From the human T2T-CHM13v2.0 reference genome, Homo sapiens: 64,000 nucleotides of DNA. The notes beneath the pieces are model-generated. The model did not search any database. It was given only the letters and a program-made list of their open reading frames with translations, and had not been told where the DNA came from. The stretch lies in the NCBI RefSeq assembly GCF_009914755.1, contig NC_060948.1, one strand, 5' to 3'. This document shows positions 1-16,749 of the stretch, one piece after another. Numbering within the stretch: position 1 is the stretch's first letter; each line of letters opens with the position of its first letter. The position numbers and the translations under genes were made by a program.

Positions 1-295
<295 letters not shown>

Positions 296-399
296 TAGAA
301 ATACGTGTTAAAAACCACTGAGAGAACTTGGCCATAAACGTCTGTTGCCTTTGCCGTCTCTGGCCGTGGAATCAGTCCAGCTGGTCAACACAGGGGCAC

Positions 400-527
400 T
401 GGAACCTACCTCTGGGGGAGCTTCTTCAAATATGGCTTGCAGGAGATTCCGGCTCAGCAGATGTAGGTGGAGCCCCCAAATTTGCATTTCTAACTATTGC
501 AGGGACCCCACTTTGAGAATCACTGGT
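400..527. mobile_element. MER5A-like hAT DNA transposon fragment
   Basis: atttgcatttctaac...gggaccccactttgagaatcactg resembles the MER5A end as I recall it. Confidence 0.6.
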
Positions 528-595
528 CAACGTCAACCCTCTCTATAAGCCTCATAAGAGATGGCACAGACTTAGTGCCCAAGACAACAGCATTC

Positions 596-2316
596 TTCCT
601 GTCTATCACATGGGGGATAAGAATGTGGACATGTTTGGGGCCATATTATTCTGTCTCCCACATGGGATTAGGACGTGGACATCTTTGGGGCCATTATCCT
701 GTCTACCTCATGGGGATTAGGACGTGGACATCTTTGGGGACATTATTCTGTCTCCCACATGGGGATTAGGACGTGGACATCTTTGGGGACATTATTCTGT
801 CCCCCACATGGGGATTAGGACGTGGACATCTTTGGGGCCATTATTCTGTCTATCACATGGGGATTAGGACGTGGACATCTTTGGGGACATTATTCTGTCT
901 CCCACATGGGATTAGGACGTGGACATCTTTGGGGCCATTATCCTGTCTACCTCATGGGGATTAGGACGTGGACATCTTTGGGGACATTATTCTGTCTACC
1001 TCATGGGGATTAGGACGTGGACATCTTTGGGGACATTATTCTGTCTATCACATGGGGATTAGGACGTGGACATCTTTGGGGACATTATTCTGTCTATCAC
1101 ATGGGGATTAGGACGTGGACATCTTTGGGGCCATTATTCTGTCTATCACATGGGGATTAGGACGTGGACATCTTTGGGGACATTATTCTGTCTATCACAT
1201 GGGGATTAGGACGTGGACATCTTTGGGGCCATTATCCTGTCTATCACATGGGGATTAGGACGTGGACATCTTTGGGGCCATTATTCTGTCTATCACATGG
1301 GGATTAGGACGTGGACATCTTTGGGGACATTATTCTGTCTATCACATGGGGATTAGGACGTGGACATCTTTGGGGACATTATTCTGTCTATCACATGGGG
1401 ATTAGGACGTGGACATCTTTGGGGACATTATTCTGTCTCCCACATGGGGATTAGGACGTGGACATCTTTGGGGACATTATTCTGTCTATCACATGGGGAT
1501 TAGGACGTGGACATCTTTGGGGACATTATTCTGTCTATCACATGGGGATTAGGACGTGGACATCTTTGGGGACATTATTCTGTCTCCCACATGGGGATTA
1601 GGACGTGGACATCTTTGGGGACATTATTCTGTCTCCCACATGGGGATTAGGACGTGGACATCTTTGGGGCTGTTATTCTGTCTCCCACATGGGGATTAGG
1701 ACGTGGACATCTTTGGGGCCATTATTCTATCACATGGGGATTAGGACGTGGACATCTTTGGGGACATTATTCTGTCTATCACATGGGGATTAGGACGTGG
1801 ACATCTTTGGGGACATTATTCTGTCTCCCACATGGGGATTAGGACGTGGACATCTTTGGGGACATTATTCTGTCTATCACATGGGGATTAGGACGTGGAC
1901 ATCTTTGGGGACATTATTCTGTCTCCCACATGGGGATTAGGATGTGGACATCTTTGGGGACATTATTCTGTCTATCACATGGGGATCAGGACGTGGACAT
2001 CTTTGGGGCCATTATTCTGTCTATCACGGGGATTAGGACGTGGACATCTTTGGGGACATTATTCTGTCTCCCACATGGGGATTAGGACGTGGACATCTTT
2101 GGGGACATTATTCTGTCTATCACATGGGGATTAGGATGTGGACATCTTTGGGGACATTATTCTGTCTATCACATGGGGATTAGGACGTGGACATCTTTGG
2201 GGACATTATTCTGTCTATCACATGGGGATTAGGATGTGGACATCTTTGGGGACATTATTCTGTCTCCCACACGGTGTTACGACGTGAGCATCTTTGGGGT
2301 TGTCTACTGCCCACCA
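596..2316. repeat. 49-bp VNTR (~35 copies) in the last PLCXD1 intron, unit resembles an MLT1 LTR terminus
   Basis: Unit ggggattaggacgtggacatctttggggacattattctgtctatcacat repeated head-to-tail. Confidence 0.95.
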
Positions 2317-2472
2317 CGCTTTATAAGCAAAGCTCACCCAATTTCCTTGTTGGACATGGTGCTTTCAACTCTTAATTCCTGAGATGCGAACCTCTAATAA
2401 TGTGACTAGGAGGGAGAAACAGGCGGGTGAGGCCCGTGACCGTGTAACCTCTCCCCACCCTCACCGTTGCAG

Positions 2473-2711
2473 GAGGGTTGTTCGTGGCCGGCATCAACCT
2501 CACGGAGAACCTGCAGTACGTTCTGGCGCACCCGTCCGAGTCCCTGGAGAAGATGACGCTGCCCAACCTTCCGCGGCTGAGCGCGTGGGTCCGAGAGCAG
2601 TGCCCGGGGCCGGGTTCACGGTGCACCAACATCATCGCGGGGGACTTCATCGGCGCAGACGGCTTCGTCAGTGACGTCATCGCGCTCAATCAGAAGCTGC
2701 TGTGGTGCTGA
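2473..2711 (+). CDS. PLCXD1: PLCXD1 last coding exon (PI-PLC X domain-containing protein 1, C-terminus)
   Basis: Acceptor ttgcag at 2467-2472; translates (G)GLFVAGINLTENLQYVLAHPSESLEKMTLPNLPRLSAWVREQCPGPGSRCTNIIAGDFIGADGFVSDVIALNQKLLWC*; TGA at 2709-2711. Confidence 0.95.
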
Positions 2712-2854
2712 CGGGACCCTTCTGAAGTTCGGGACGCGGCGGCTGCAGTTTCACCCCCGAATTTCCAAGTATTGTGACTTTGTTTGGGCCAAATGTTGGT
2801 GATCATAGGACCGATGATAATACGTTTTCATTTTCTTTAAAATAGAGATGGGGT

Positions 2855-3540
<686 letters not shown>

Positions 3541-3718
3541 TCAAGAACCACCGTGGCAGCCCATAATATGTTTTCTTATTTCTGTATTCTCCTTGCTGTG
3601 GCGTCTGGAGCCCTTACGGACCCAGGGAGACACTATCCTCCCACAGCTCACTAATTACTAAACACAGTGACAGCCCACTTAGGAGCCGGCCTCCCCTGTC
3701 AGCCAACCCCTCAGCTAG

Positions 3719-5302
<1,584 letters not shown>

Positions 5303-5737
5303 TCAAGCCAGTATTTCCCTGGCCCTAAATCATTCCTGGCTGGGTCCCAGCCCAGTAGAGCCAGCCCCCCAGCCCGGAGTGCTGCTGAAGTGTTCAAAAG
5401 TTGTCAATCCTCAGCCGTTCCCTAGTCCTGTTGCCCGGTTCTGCCGAAGCCCCTTGAAGGCTGTGGCCTGGGCTGTTCCCTCATTCATTCCTGCCTCCCG
5501 AGCCAAACCCAGGTATCCGCTTGTGCCCTGCGTGGTGTGGCAGCGTCTTCTCTCGGGAAGGGTCAGGAGTAATTTCTTCTTTCAGTGGCCTCTCTGTGCT
5601 AGTCCCGGTCACCTCCGTGAATTAAAGTCCTACAGGTACAAGGGAGACCCCCCCCCCCACGGAAGGCGCCCCCAGTCCGTGTGGGAGACTCGCACACCGG
5701 TTTTCTGCACAGGTTTCTTTCTGCCTCTGAAGCGTGA

Positions 5738-6251
<514 letters not shown>

Positions 6252-6708
6252 TATACCTCATTTTCTACATGTCGCTTGTTGGAGCTGCTGGTTCAAGTTC
6301 CCAGCCAGCCAATGGATGCCAGCACCATTTTTACTCCCCTTTCCCAAGCAAATCGTGCATTTTTGTCTAACGAGAGACATCAGTTTCTCAGGATGATCCT
6401 CAAGAACGTTATGGAGTCCATGTTGCAATAGGTTCTCTTTGGGACCTAATGACTCATTTTCCAAAAATCCGCTTCTACTTTTGGTACCCGGTTGCTACGG
6501 TGAAATGAAGGTGCCCCGCATCCAGAAAGACGCACTCCTGGACCACAACCGGCGGCTACCTCAGCCCCACGGCTCTGCAGGATCAGGGCTCGGGCAGGCC
6601 CCGCGGAGATGAAGAATTTGCAGGGAGCCTCCCTGACTTCCGTCGGCTGTGAATCCTTGTCTGTCAGGGGCGTATCCACAAAATCACCGAATTCATACAG
6701 ATCGTTTA

Positions 6709-6728
6709 AATAAATGAACATCATTAAA
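6709..6728 (+). terminator. PLCXD1 polyadenylation signals
   Basis: AATAAA 6709-6714 and ATTAAA 6723-6728 in unique sequence, followed by a T-rich tract. Confidence 0.7.
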
Positions 6729-6826
6729 GTCAAATATGAGTATGAATTTTATTACCACCAATGCAGCCAAGACACCTCTGGCAGCTTTCAGGATAGCACG
6801 CCAGAAGCATCTTTAGAAAATGTTAA

Positions 6827-7899
<1,073 letters not shown>

Positions 7900-8148
7900 T
7901 CCTCACGGTCTGGTTTGAAGCTGCTTCTTTAGTAAAACTATTTGCTTTCCCTTCTACTTTTGTGGAAGGGTTCTCTGTGCTGCCGGGAAACCTGATTTTT
8001 CGTCATTTCCCCGACACCACCATGGGAAACGAGACCATCTGTGAACACAGACAGCCGGGCGGAGGGGCCGTCGGTGCCCACCAGGGCCACGGCTCACGGC
8101 AGGTGCAGGAGGAACTGGAAATGCTGCTCACGGAAGTAAAATCAAAGG

Positions 8149-8154
8149 TTTAAT
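8149..8154 (-). terminator. GTPBP6 polyadenylation signal (ATTAAA)
   Basis: tttaat on + about 300 nt downstream of the GTPBP6 stop. Confidence 0.6.
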
Positions 8155-8451
8155 GTCCTGTTACGGAAACATTCCGAGGGAAAGCAGTTCACAGCAGGCA
8201 CCGAGGGCCCACTGGAATTGTGTGGATGCTCAGGCTTGGAGTGGACGCTCGGGCGGCCCGCTTTGGGGCAGGTGCGGCCGTGTCACCGGCCTGCACGGTC
8301 ATCCCAGCAAATGGCTGGGAGCGAGACGGGTGCAGAACCAGACAAGGAGGACCCTGCTGCACCTGACACCAAGCTGCCCCCAACACAGCGGTAACGCCTC
8401 AGCTCCCCAGGCAGCGATGCCCCCACCCCGCAGGCCTCTGTGGGCGTCCGT

Positions 8452-8575
8452 TCATCCTGGAAAGAGCTTCCGGAATTTGCCGTAGGCTGAGTTGCTGATG
8501 ATGACCCTCACGTCGGCCGCCCCGTCCTCAGGGATCACGTCCACCTCCTGAACTGTGGCCTCCTTATACAGCCAG
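8452..8575 (-). CDS. GTPBP6: GTPBP6 exon 10 (last coding exon)
   Basis: cccag acceptor; (S)WLYKEATVQEVDVIPEDGAADVRVIISNSAYGKFRKLFPG*. Confidence 0.95.
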
Positions 8576-8655
8576 CTGGGCACAGATGCGCGTTGTATGG
8601 AGACAAGCAGAACCCGTAAGTATTTGCTTAGTTTCATGATAAATAATTACGCTAA

Positions 8656-9440
<785 letters not shown>

Positions 9441-9479
9441 TGGAGCTTGCTTTCTTATTGGTAGGGAGACCTGTACCCC

Positions 9480-10600
9480 TTGACTGGCAGCACAGATTAG
9501 GCACCTGTTGTGCGCACAGTCAGAAATGTATTTTGACTGTCAAGTGCAGATTAGGCACCTGTTGTATGCAGTCAGAAATGTACATTTTGACTGTCAAGCG
9601 CAGATTAGGCACCTGTTGTATGCAGTCAGAAATGTACATTTTGACTGTCAGCACAGATTAGGCACCTGTTGTATGCACAGTCAGAAATGTACATTTTGAC
9701 TGTCAGTGCAGATTAGGCACCTGTTGTATGCACAGAAATGTACATTTTGGCTGTCAAGCACAGATTAGGCACCTGTTGTATGGTCAGAAATGTACATTTT
9801 CACTGTCAGCATAATTAGGCACCTGTTGTATCCACAGTCAGAAATGTACATTGAGTGTCAGCACACATTAGGCACCTGTTGTATGCACAGTCAGAAATGT
9901 ACATTTTGTCAGCACAGATTAGGCAACTGTTGTATGCAGTCAGAAATGTATTTTTACTGTCAAGCACAGATTAGGCACCTGTTGTATGCAGTCAGAAATG
10001 TACATTTTGACTGTCAGCACAGATTAGGCACCTGTTGTATGCAGTCAGAAATGTACATTTTGACTGTCAGTGCAGATTAGGCACCTGTTGTATGCACAGA
10101 AATGTACATTTTGGCTGTCAAGCACAGATTAGGCACCTGTTGTATGGTCAGAAATGTACATTTTCACTGTCAGCATAATTAGGCACCTGTTGTATCCACA
10201 GTCAGAAATGTATATTTTGAGTGTCAGCACAGATTAGGCACCTGTTGTATGCAGTCAGAAATGTACATTTTGACTGTCAGCACAGATTAGGCACCTGTTG
10301 TATGCAGTCAGAAATGTACATTTTGACTGTCAGCACAGATTAGGCACCTGTTGTATGCAGTCAGAAATGTACATTTTGACTGTCAAGCACAGATTAGGCA
10401 ACTGTTGTATGCAGTCAGAAATGTATTTTTACTGTCAAGCACAGATTAGGCACCCGTTGTATGCAGTCAGAAATGTACATTTTGACTGTCAGCACAGATT
10501 AGGCACCTGTTGTATGCACAGTCACAAATGTAGATTTTGACTCTCAAGCGCAGATTAGGCACCTCTTGTATGCACAGTCACAAATGTACATTTGATGCAA
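9480..10600. repeat. ~48-bp minisatellite (~23 copies) in GTPBP6 intron 9
   Basis: Unit tgactgtcagcacagattaggcacctgttgtatgcagtcagaaatgtacatt. Confidence 0.95.
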
Positions 10601-10737
10601 ACCCATTCATCTCGTCTGTACATCCTAAAGCTCTCGGGGATCTCACAGCTCCTTGTGCACCCACGAAGAGCCCGTTTCAGAGCCAGAGACAGGCATCCAA
10701 AGCACCATCCCGTCTCCTGCCCCTGCAGGCCGCTCAC

Positions 10738-10890
10738 CTGAGCTGCGCCCCTGCGAGCCTCACACGGAGAGTGAGGATCTGTCTCCCCGTCGCCTTCAAA
10801 ACCGCCGCATCGAGCTCAGCTTTCAGCTCCTGGAGCCCGTGGCCCCGCAGGGCAGACACGGGCACGACGTTCGGTTCCGTGGGGCTGTAC
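10738..10890 (-). CDS. GTPBP6: GTPBP6 exon 9
   Basis: AG/GT flanked, phase 2-2; YSPTEPNVVPVSALRGHGLQELKAELDAAVLKATGRQILTLRVRLAGAQL (G5 motif SAL). Confidence 0.95.
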
Positions 10891-11109
10891 CTGCAAGGGT
10901 GGGGATGTCACAGGCCCCGCTCAGCGTCGGGGCGGCCGGACGAAATCAGGGTCCCCAGGAGTCCACTGCCCACGGGGCACAGTCTGGGGCCACTCCCTGT
11001 GTCCTGACTGCCACCGCTGCGGTTCACACGAGGAGACGGGGCATCTCCCCACCCGGCTCCAGCGCGTGCAGGGGAAGGAGACGCTTGCGGACCCCAGGGC
11101 CGGACTCAC

Positions 11110-11258
11110 CCGGGCACGAGGTCCACCTTGTTGTGAACCTCCACCATGGAGTCCAGGAGCGGGGCGGGCAGCTGCAGGCCACGCAGCGTGGACAGAACGC
11201 TGCATTTCTGGAGCTCCGCCTCGGGGTGGCTGACGTCCCTCACGTGCAAGATGAGATC
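11110..11258 (-). CDS. GTPBP6: GTPBP6 exon 8
   Basis: DLILHVRDVSHPEAELQKCSVLSTLRGLQLPAPLLDSMVEVHNKVDLVP (G4 motif NKVD); gtgagt donor. Confidence 0.95.
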
Positions 11259-11824
11259 CTGTGGGCCGGGCCGTGGGGTCAGAGCTGCGGAGCCTCTGGT
11301 CCCTGACCCCAAGCTTGCAGACAGGCCCAGGAGAGGGGCTCACACGAGCTCCCAACGACAGGCTGGGCATGGGAGGTACGCCTGTGTGCAGGCCCCTCGG
11401 ACACCCCAGGACGGGGGCTCCTAGACCAACAGTGGACGCGAGCCCACCCGGCTGCACTTACCCAACCTTCCAAGCCACAGGCAGCAGCTCCGCACCCCCA
11501 GACCCACACGCAAGGGGGTGCCATATATGAGCACCCAACCACCACCCACCCACCCAGGGGGTCTTCATTCAAAGCTTTAGGGCGGCTTCATCCTCCTGTG
11601 AAATGTCTTTTAACAGCGGAATTATTTCCTCTTTAAAGGATGCTTTTTTTCTCACGTTCAAAAAAAATCTTACAGGCAGGCTCCTTACACAAAATTTGAA
11701 AAACACAGGGAAAAAAAAATAAAGCCGTGTGTAATTCTCCAACTTATACTACCGGGGTATCCACGTCTACTTTTTGTTTGTTTGGATGCACTTAATACAA
11801 ATAATATTTTTCCTGTAACTGAGG

Positions 11825-12401
11825 CACTTTGGGAGGTGGCTTGAGCCCAGAAGTTTGAGACCAGCCTGGGCAAGAGAGTGAGGCCGTTTCTACAGAAAGT
11901 ACAAAAATTAGCCATGGCCTGGTTGTGCGTGTCTGTGGTCTCAGCTACTCAGGAGGCTGAGGTGGGAGGATCACTTGAGCCCAGGAGGTCGAGGCTGCAG
12001 TGAGCCGAGATCATACCACTGCGGTTCAGTCTGGGTGACAGAGCGAGACCCTGTCTCTAAAGAAGAAAAGTAAAAACAAAAAAAATAATTTCATCCCAGG
12101 AAAGTTTTACTTTTTTTTTTTTTTTTTTTTTGAGACGAGTCTCGCTCTGTCACACAGGCTGGAGTGCAGTGGCGCGATCTCAGCTCACTGCAAGCTCCGC
12201 CTCCCGGGTTCAGCCATTCTCCTGCCTCAGCCTCTCTTGAGTAGCTGGGACTACAGGCACCCGCCACCATGCCTGGCTAATTTTTTATATTTTTAGTAGA
12301 GACGGGATTTCGCCGTGGTCTCGATCTCCTGACCTGAAGTGATCCACCCGCCTCAACCTCCCAAAGTGCTGGGATTGCAGGCGTGAGCCACCACACCCGG
12401 T
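11825..12401. mobile_element. Tail-to-tail Alu pair (+AluJ-like 11825-12062; -AluY-like 12111-12401)
   Basis: Alu consensus on opposite strands. Confidence 0.88.
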
Positions 12402-12719
12402 CCATAATTTATTGTCGGGAGGAGTCGAAAGCGGAGTCCAGGCTCCGGGCGGGGTTCAGTCCCATCTCCTCAAGGAGGTGGCAGCCGCGTCCGTTCTTTG
12501 GGACATTTGCTGCTTCTCCCTCAGGGCAAAAAACAAAGCCGTAGCCTGAATGTGACAATCTCACACCTTGTTTTCCTGCCTTGTTGCTTGACAATATTTC
12601 CCCGTGCTCTTCATGCACTTGGAAAGTCTACGGTACGGATGGAGTGTGCAGCTCACTCAGCACCCTACGGCCGGGGGCAGTTCCGGAGCCAAACAGCACC
12701 CCGCCCCCAAATCCACATC

Positions 12720-14122
12720 CACCAGCAGCCTCAGAATGGGACCCTACCCAGAATTAAGATCTCTGCGGATGCAGCTGGTGAAGATGAGGTCAGGGTGGAG
12801 CAGAGTGGGCCTTAAATCCAACGACCGACCGGTATGTTTACGACAGAAAGAAAGAGATGTGGGGCAGACACAGAAGAGAAGGGGACCTTGCTTGGAAATG
12901 GAGTTTTTGCAGATGTAGTTAAGATGAGGTTACCCTGGATTTATCTAGGTGGCCCCTAAATGCAATGACAGGTGTCCTAGGAGACACAGACACAGAGAAG
13001 GCCACGTGGAGATGGAGGCAGAGACTGGAGTGGTGCGGCCACAAGCCCAGGGACGCCTGGAGCCCCCAGGAGCTGGGAGAGGCAGGAAGGACCCTCACCT
13101 AGAGCCTCCAGAAGGAACTGGATCCAACTGAAGTGAACTGAACTGTGGCCCCCCACAAAAGACCTGTCCATGTATTGATCATCTGGAACCTGTGAATGGG
13201 ACATTATTTGGAAACAGGGTCTCTGCAGATGTGATTAAGTGGAAGATCTGAAATGAGATCATCCTGGATTAGGGTGGACCCTAAATCTAATGACTACTGT
13301 CCTTCTAAGAGACAGAAGAGGAGACACAGACACAGAGAAGAAGGCCACAGACAGAGGCAGAGACTGGAGTGATGCGGCCACAAGCCCAGGGACGCCTGGA
13401 GCCCCCAGGAGCTGGGAGAGGCAGGAAGGACCCTCCCCTAGAGCCTCCAGAAGGAACTGGATCCAACTGAAGTGAACTGAACTGTGGCCCCCCACAAAAG
13501 ACCTGTCCATGTATTGATCATCTGGAACCTGTGAATGGGACATTATTTGGAAACAGGGTCTCTGCAGATGTGATTAAGTGGAAGATCTGGAGATGAGATC
13601 ATCCTGGATTAGGGTGGACCCTAAATCTAATGACAGGTGTCCTTCTAAGAGACAGAAGAGGAGACACAGACACAGAGGAGGAGGCCACAGACAGAGGCAG
13701 AGACTGGAGTGATGCGGCCACAAGCCCAGGGACGCCTGGAGCCCCCAGGAGCTGGGAGAGGCAGGAAGGACCCTCCCCTAGAGCCTCCAGAAGGAACTGG
13801 ATCCAACTGAAGTGAACTGAACTGTGGCCCCCCACAAAAGACCTGTCCATGTATTGATCATCTGGAACCTGTGAATGGGACATTATTTGGAAACAGGGTC
13901 TCTGCAGATGTGATTAAGTGGAAGATCTGAAATGAGATCATCCTGGATTAGGGTGGACCCTAAATCTAATGACTACTGTCCTTCTAAGAGACAGAAGAGG
14001 AGACACAGACACAGAGGAGAAGGCCACAGACAGAGGCAGAGACTGGAGTGATGCGGCCTCAAGCCCAGGGACGCCTGGAGCCCCCAGGAGCTGGGAGAGG
14101 CAGGAAGGACCCTCCCCTAGAG
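12720..14122 (+). mobile_element. MLT1 (MaLR) LTR-derived sequence tandemly amplified as a ~340-bp unit (3+ copies)
   Basis: MLT1-type motifs (gcagatgtgattaag, agagactggagtgatgcggccacaagcc, gagaggcaggaagga...ccctagagcct); near-identical units with a 340-nt offset (13259 vs 13599 in the ORF track). Confidence 0.85.
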
Positions 14123-14559
14123 TCTGTGGTCAGCTCCCGCTTTCTGGAACTGTGGTAGAGCTGGTTCCTGTGGTTTCTGGCCCCCATTTGTGGCCCCTTT
14201 TGCAGTGACAGCCTCAGGACCCCACAGGTGTTTCCAGGGTCTCGGTGTTCATCGATCCTCAGGCATCACCGTGCTGTGTCCGCCACTGCCCGCACGTCTG
14301 TGACACGAACGGTCACTCTGTCTGTCAGGGGTCTGTGACGTGGAGCAGGTGCACCCGGGAACACGCTTATGTGTTCAGGCACATAAGCCGGGAGAGGACT
14401 GACGGCCGACTTCCTATTTCTACACGGGCTCATGGCGGCAAGAACACGGCCCTGAGTGTCGGTGAGGCTGGGGCAACCGCTCAGCCTCTCGCCCGGGGAC
14501 GTGGGAGGCTTGGGGGACACTAAGTCTGAGCCCCAGGAGGCAGTTGTTGTTCCGGCCCC

Positions 14560-14780
14560 GAGTTGGGTGGGTGTCTGAGGGCCCGGCCCCTGGCTTTGTG
14601 TGTGTCTGAGTGCCTGGTCCCCGTGCCCAGTGGGTGTCCGAGGGCCTGGCCCCTGGGCTGAGTGGGTGTCCGAGGGCCCGGCCCCTGGGCTGAGTGGGTG
14701 TCCGAGGGCCCGACCCCTGGCTGTGTGTGTCTGAGTGCCCAGCCCCCGTGCCGAATGGGTGTCCGAGCACCCGATCCCCG
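14560..14780. repeat. ~32-bp GC-rich minisatellite next to the GTPBP6 exon 7 donor
   Basis: gggtgtccgagggcccggcccctgggctgagt repeats. Confidence 0.8.
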
Positions 14781-14796
14781 GCCGTCCCACGCTCAC

Positions 14797-15005
14797 CGAG
14801 TGGGCCACGTCTTCCAGGGTGGCGGAGAAGGACTCGATGAGGCCGTGCGGCAGCTGGGAGAGGAAGCCGATGGTGTCCACGTACAGGACGGTCATGCGTG
14901 AGGGCAGCGTGCCCGCGTGGGCCGTGACGTCCAGCGTGGCAAACAGCTGGTCCCGTGGCTGGATGGCGGCATCGCCCGTCAGTGCCTTGATCAGCGTGGT
15001 CTTTC
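14797..15005 (-). CDS. GTPBP6: GTPBP6 exon 7
   Basis: (G)KTTLIKALTGDAAIQPRDQLFATLD...VDTIGF...LEDVAHS: HflX G1 end, G2 (FATLD) and G3 (DTIG). Confidence 0.97.
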
Positions 15006-15229
15006 CTAGGAGGGCGTGGAGGTCAGGGCGCTGCAGAGATCCCTGCGTCCCAACTCCTAGCGCCGCAGCCAGGCCCTCCAAATGGAGACCACGGCACCCT
15101 CTGGGGGGCCGCACCCCGGGCTACACGGTCCCTGAGCTCCTCGGGCACCCCGGGCCAGACCCGACGCGTGGGACAAAGCCACCGTCGCTGTTCTCGGGCC
15201 GATGGAGCGGGGCCGCCGTGCGGACACGG

Positions 15230-15995
15230 GGGAGATGGTGGTGTGGACGGGTGTGCGTGTGAAGGCGTGGATGGGAGTGAGGTCGTCTGTGTAGATTTGG
15301 CAATGGCGTAGATGGTGGGATGGTGTAGGTGGGGTGGTGGTGCTGGTGTGGATGGGAGGATGGTGTAGACACAGGGGAGGTGATGGTGTAGATGGGTGGA
15401 TATAGATACGGCAGTGGTGCCGGTGTTGACAGAAGGATGGTGTAGACAGAGGAGAGGCGATGGTGTAGACAGATGGGTGGATTGTATAGACGGGTGGTGG
15501 TATAGATGGGGCAGTGGTGCCGGTGTAGACAGGAGGACGGTGCAGACGAAGGGGACATTGTGGTGTACACGGGTGGATTATGTAGACGGGGTGGTGGTAT
15601 AGATGGGGTAGTGGTGCTGGTGTAGACAGGAGGACAGTGTAGACGAACGGGACATTGTGGTGTACACAGGTGGATTATGTAGACGGGGTGGTGGTATAGC
15701 TGGGGCAGTGATGCCAGTGTAGACAGGAGGACGGTGCAGACGAAGGGGACATTGTGGTGTACACGGGTGGATTATGTAGACGGGGTGGTGGTATAGATGG
15801 GGTAGTGGTGCTGGTGTAGACAGGAGGATGGTATAGACAGAGGAGAGGTGATGGTGTAGATGGGTGGATTGTGTAGACAGGGTGGTGGTATAGATAGGGC
15901 AGTGGGGATGGTCTAGACAGGAGGACGGTGTAGATGGAGGGGAGGTTGTGGTATAGACAGGGTGGTAAAGCTCTGGATGGGAGGATGGGGTAGAT
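15230..15995. repeat. Degenerate GGTGTAGA-rich tandem repeat (~97-bp period in its core)
   Basis: gtggattatgtagacggggtggtggtatag recurs at ~15573, 15670 and 15767. Confidence 0.8.
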
Positions 15996-15999
15996 GACA

Positions 16000-16290
16000 T
16001 CCTCACCTTGGCTGCTGTACCCCACACAGAGACCACAGGAAACCCGTCTCCTGGGTGAGCTCTCACAGCAGCTGGTGTACCCCACACGGCGACCATGGGA
16101 ACCCCCTCTCCTGGGCACGTGCTCACCGCAGCTGTCGTACGGCACCACTGAGACGACAGGGACCCCCTGCCCTCCCCCGGGCGAGTCCTCACCGGTGTAC
16201 CCCACACGGAGACCGCGGAAGGCCCCTCCCCTGGGCGCATGCTCACCGCAGTTGGTGTACCCCACCACGGAGATCACGGGGAACTCCCGC
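16000..16290 (-). repeat. 60-bp tandem repeat containing the GTPBP6 exon 6 3' end and donor
   Basis: 60-nt blocks ending (t/c)gtac at 16020, 16080, 16140, 16200 and 16260, each carrying a ctcac donor complement. Confidence 0.85.
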
Positions 16291-16405
16291 CTCGTCCGCT
16301 GCCGGCAGAGCAGGTGCCTCTTCTTGCGAAGCCTGTCCAAGGCCTTCCTGATCTTAGCCTCCTTCTCTCTCAGGAGACGCTGCTGCAGCTGCATGAAGGA
16401 TTCTC
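16247..16405 (-). CDS. GTPBP6: GTPBP6 exon 6
   Basis: (G)ESFMQLQQRLLREKEAKIRKALDRLRKKRHLLCRQRTRREFPVISVVGYTNC(G); the P-loop is split by the intron. Confidence 0.96.
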
Positions 16406-16749
16406 CTAAAAGACACCCGAGATGGTGAGGCGGTGAGCCATGCCGGGAAAGGCACAAGAGTGGGCGGTGCCGCGGAGGCTCTGCGGGGGCCCGGGGCCTG
16501 CTCCCGCTCCAGCATCTGGGGGCCCGGCTGCTTTCCCCAGCAGCGGCCCCGACACGTCCTGTTCCATGAGAAAGGGCTCTGCTCGGCGGAACGGGATCTC
16601 GCCTCCGGGTGTCCACCCTGTGAGGTCAATGAGGGCTTCCCGTGACTCGGGGAGAAAGTAAAGGCCAGATCACTACGGAGGCCTCCGAGCGGGACACGGC
16701 CCAGGACGTCATCGTGAGCGGGCTCAGTGGGGCCCCTTTCACATCCGAA

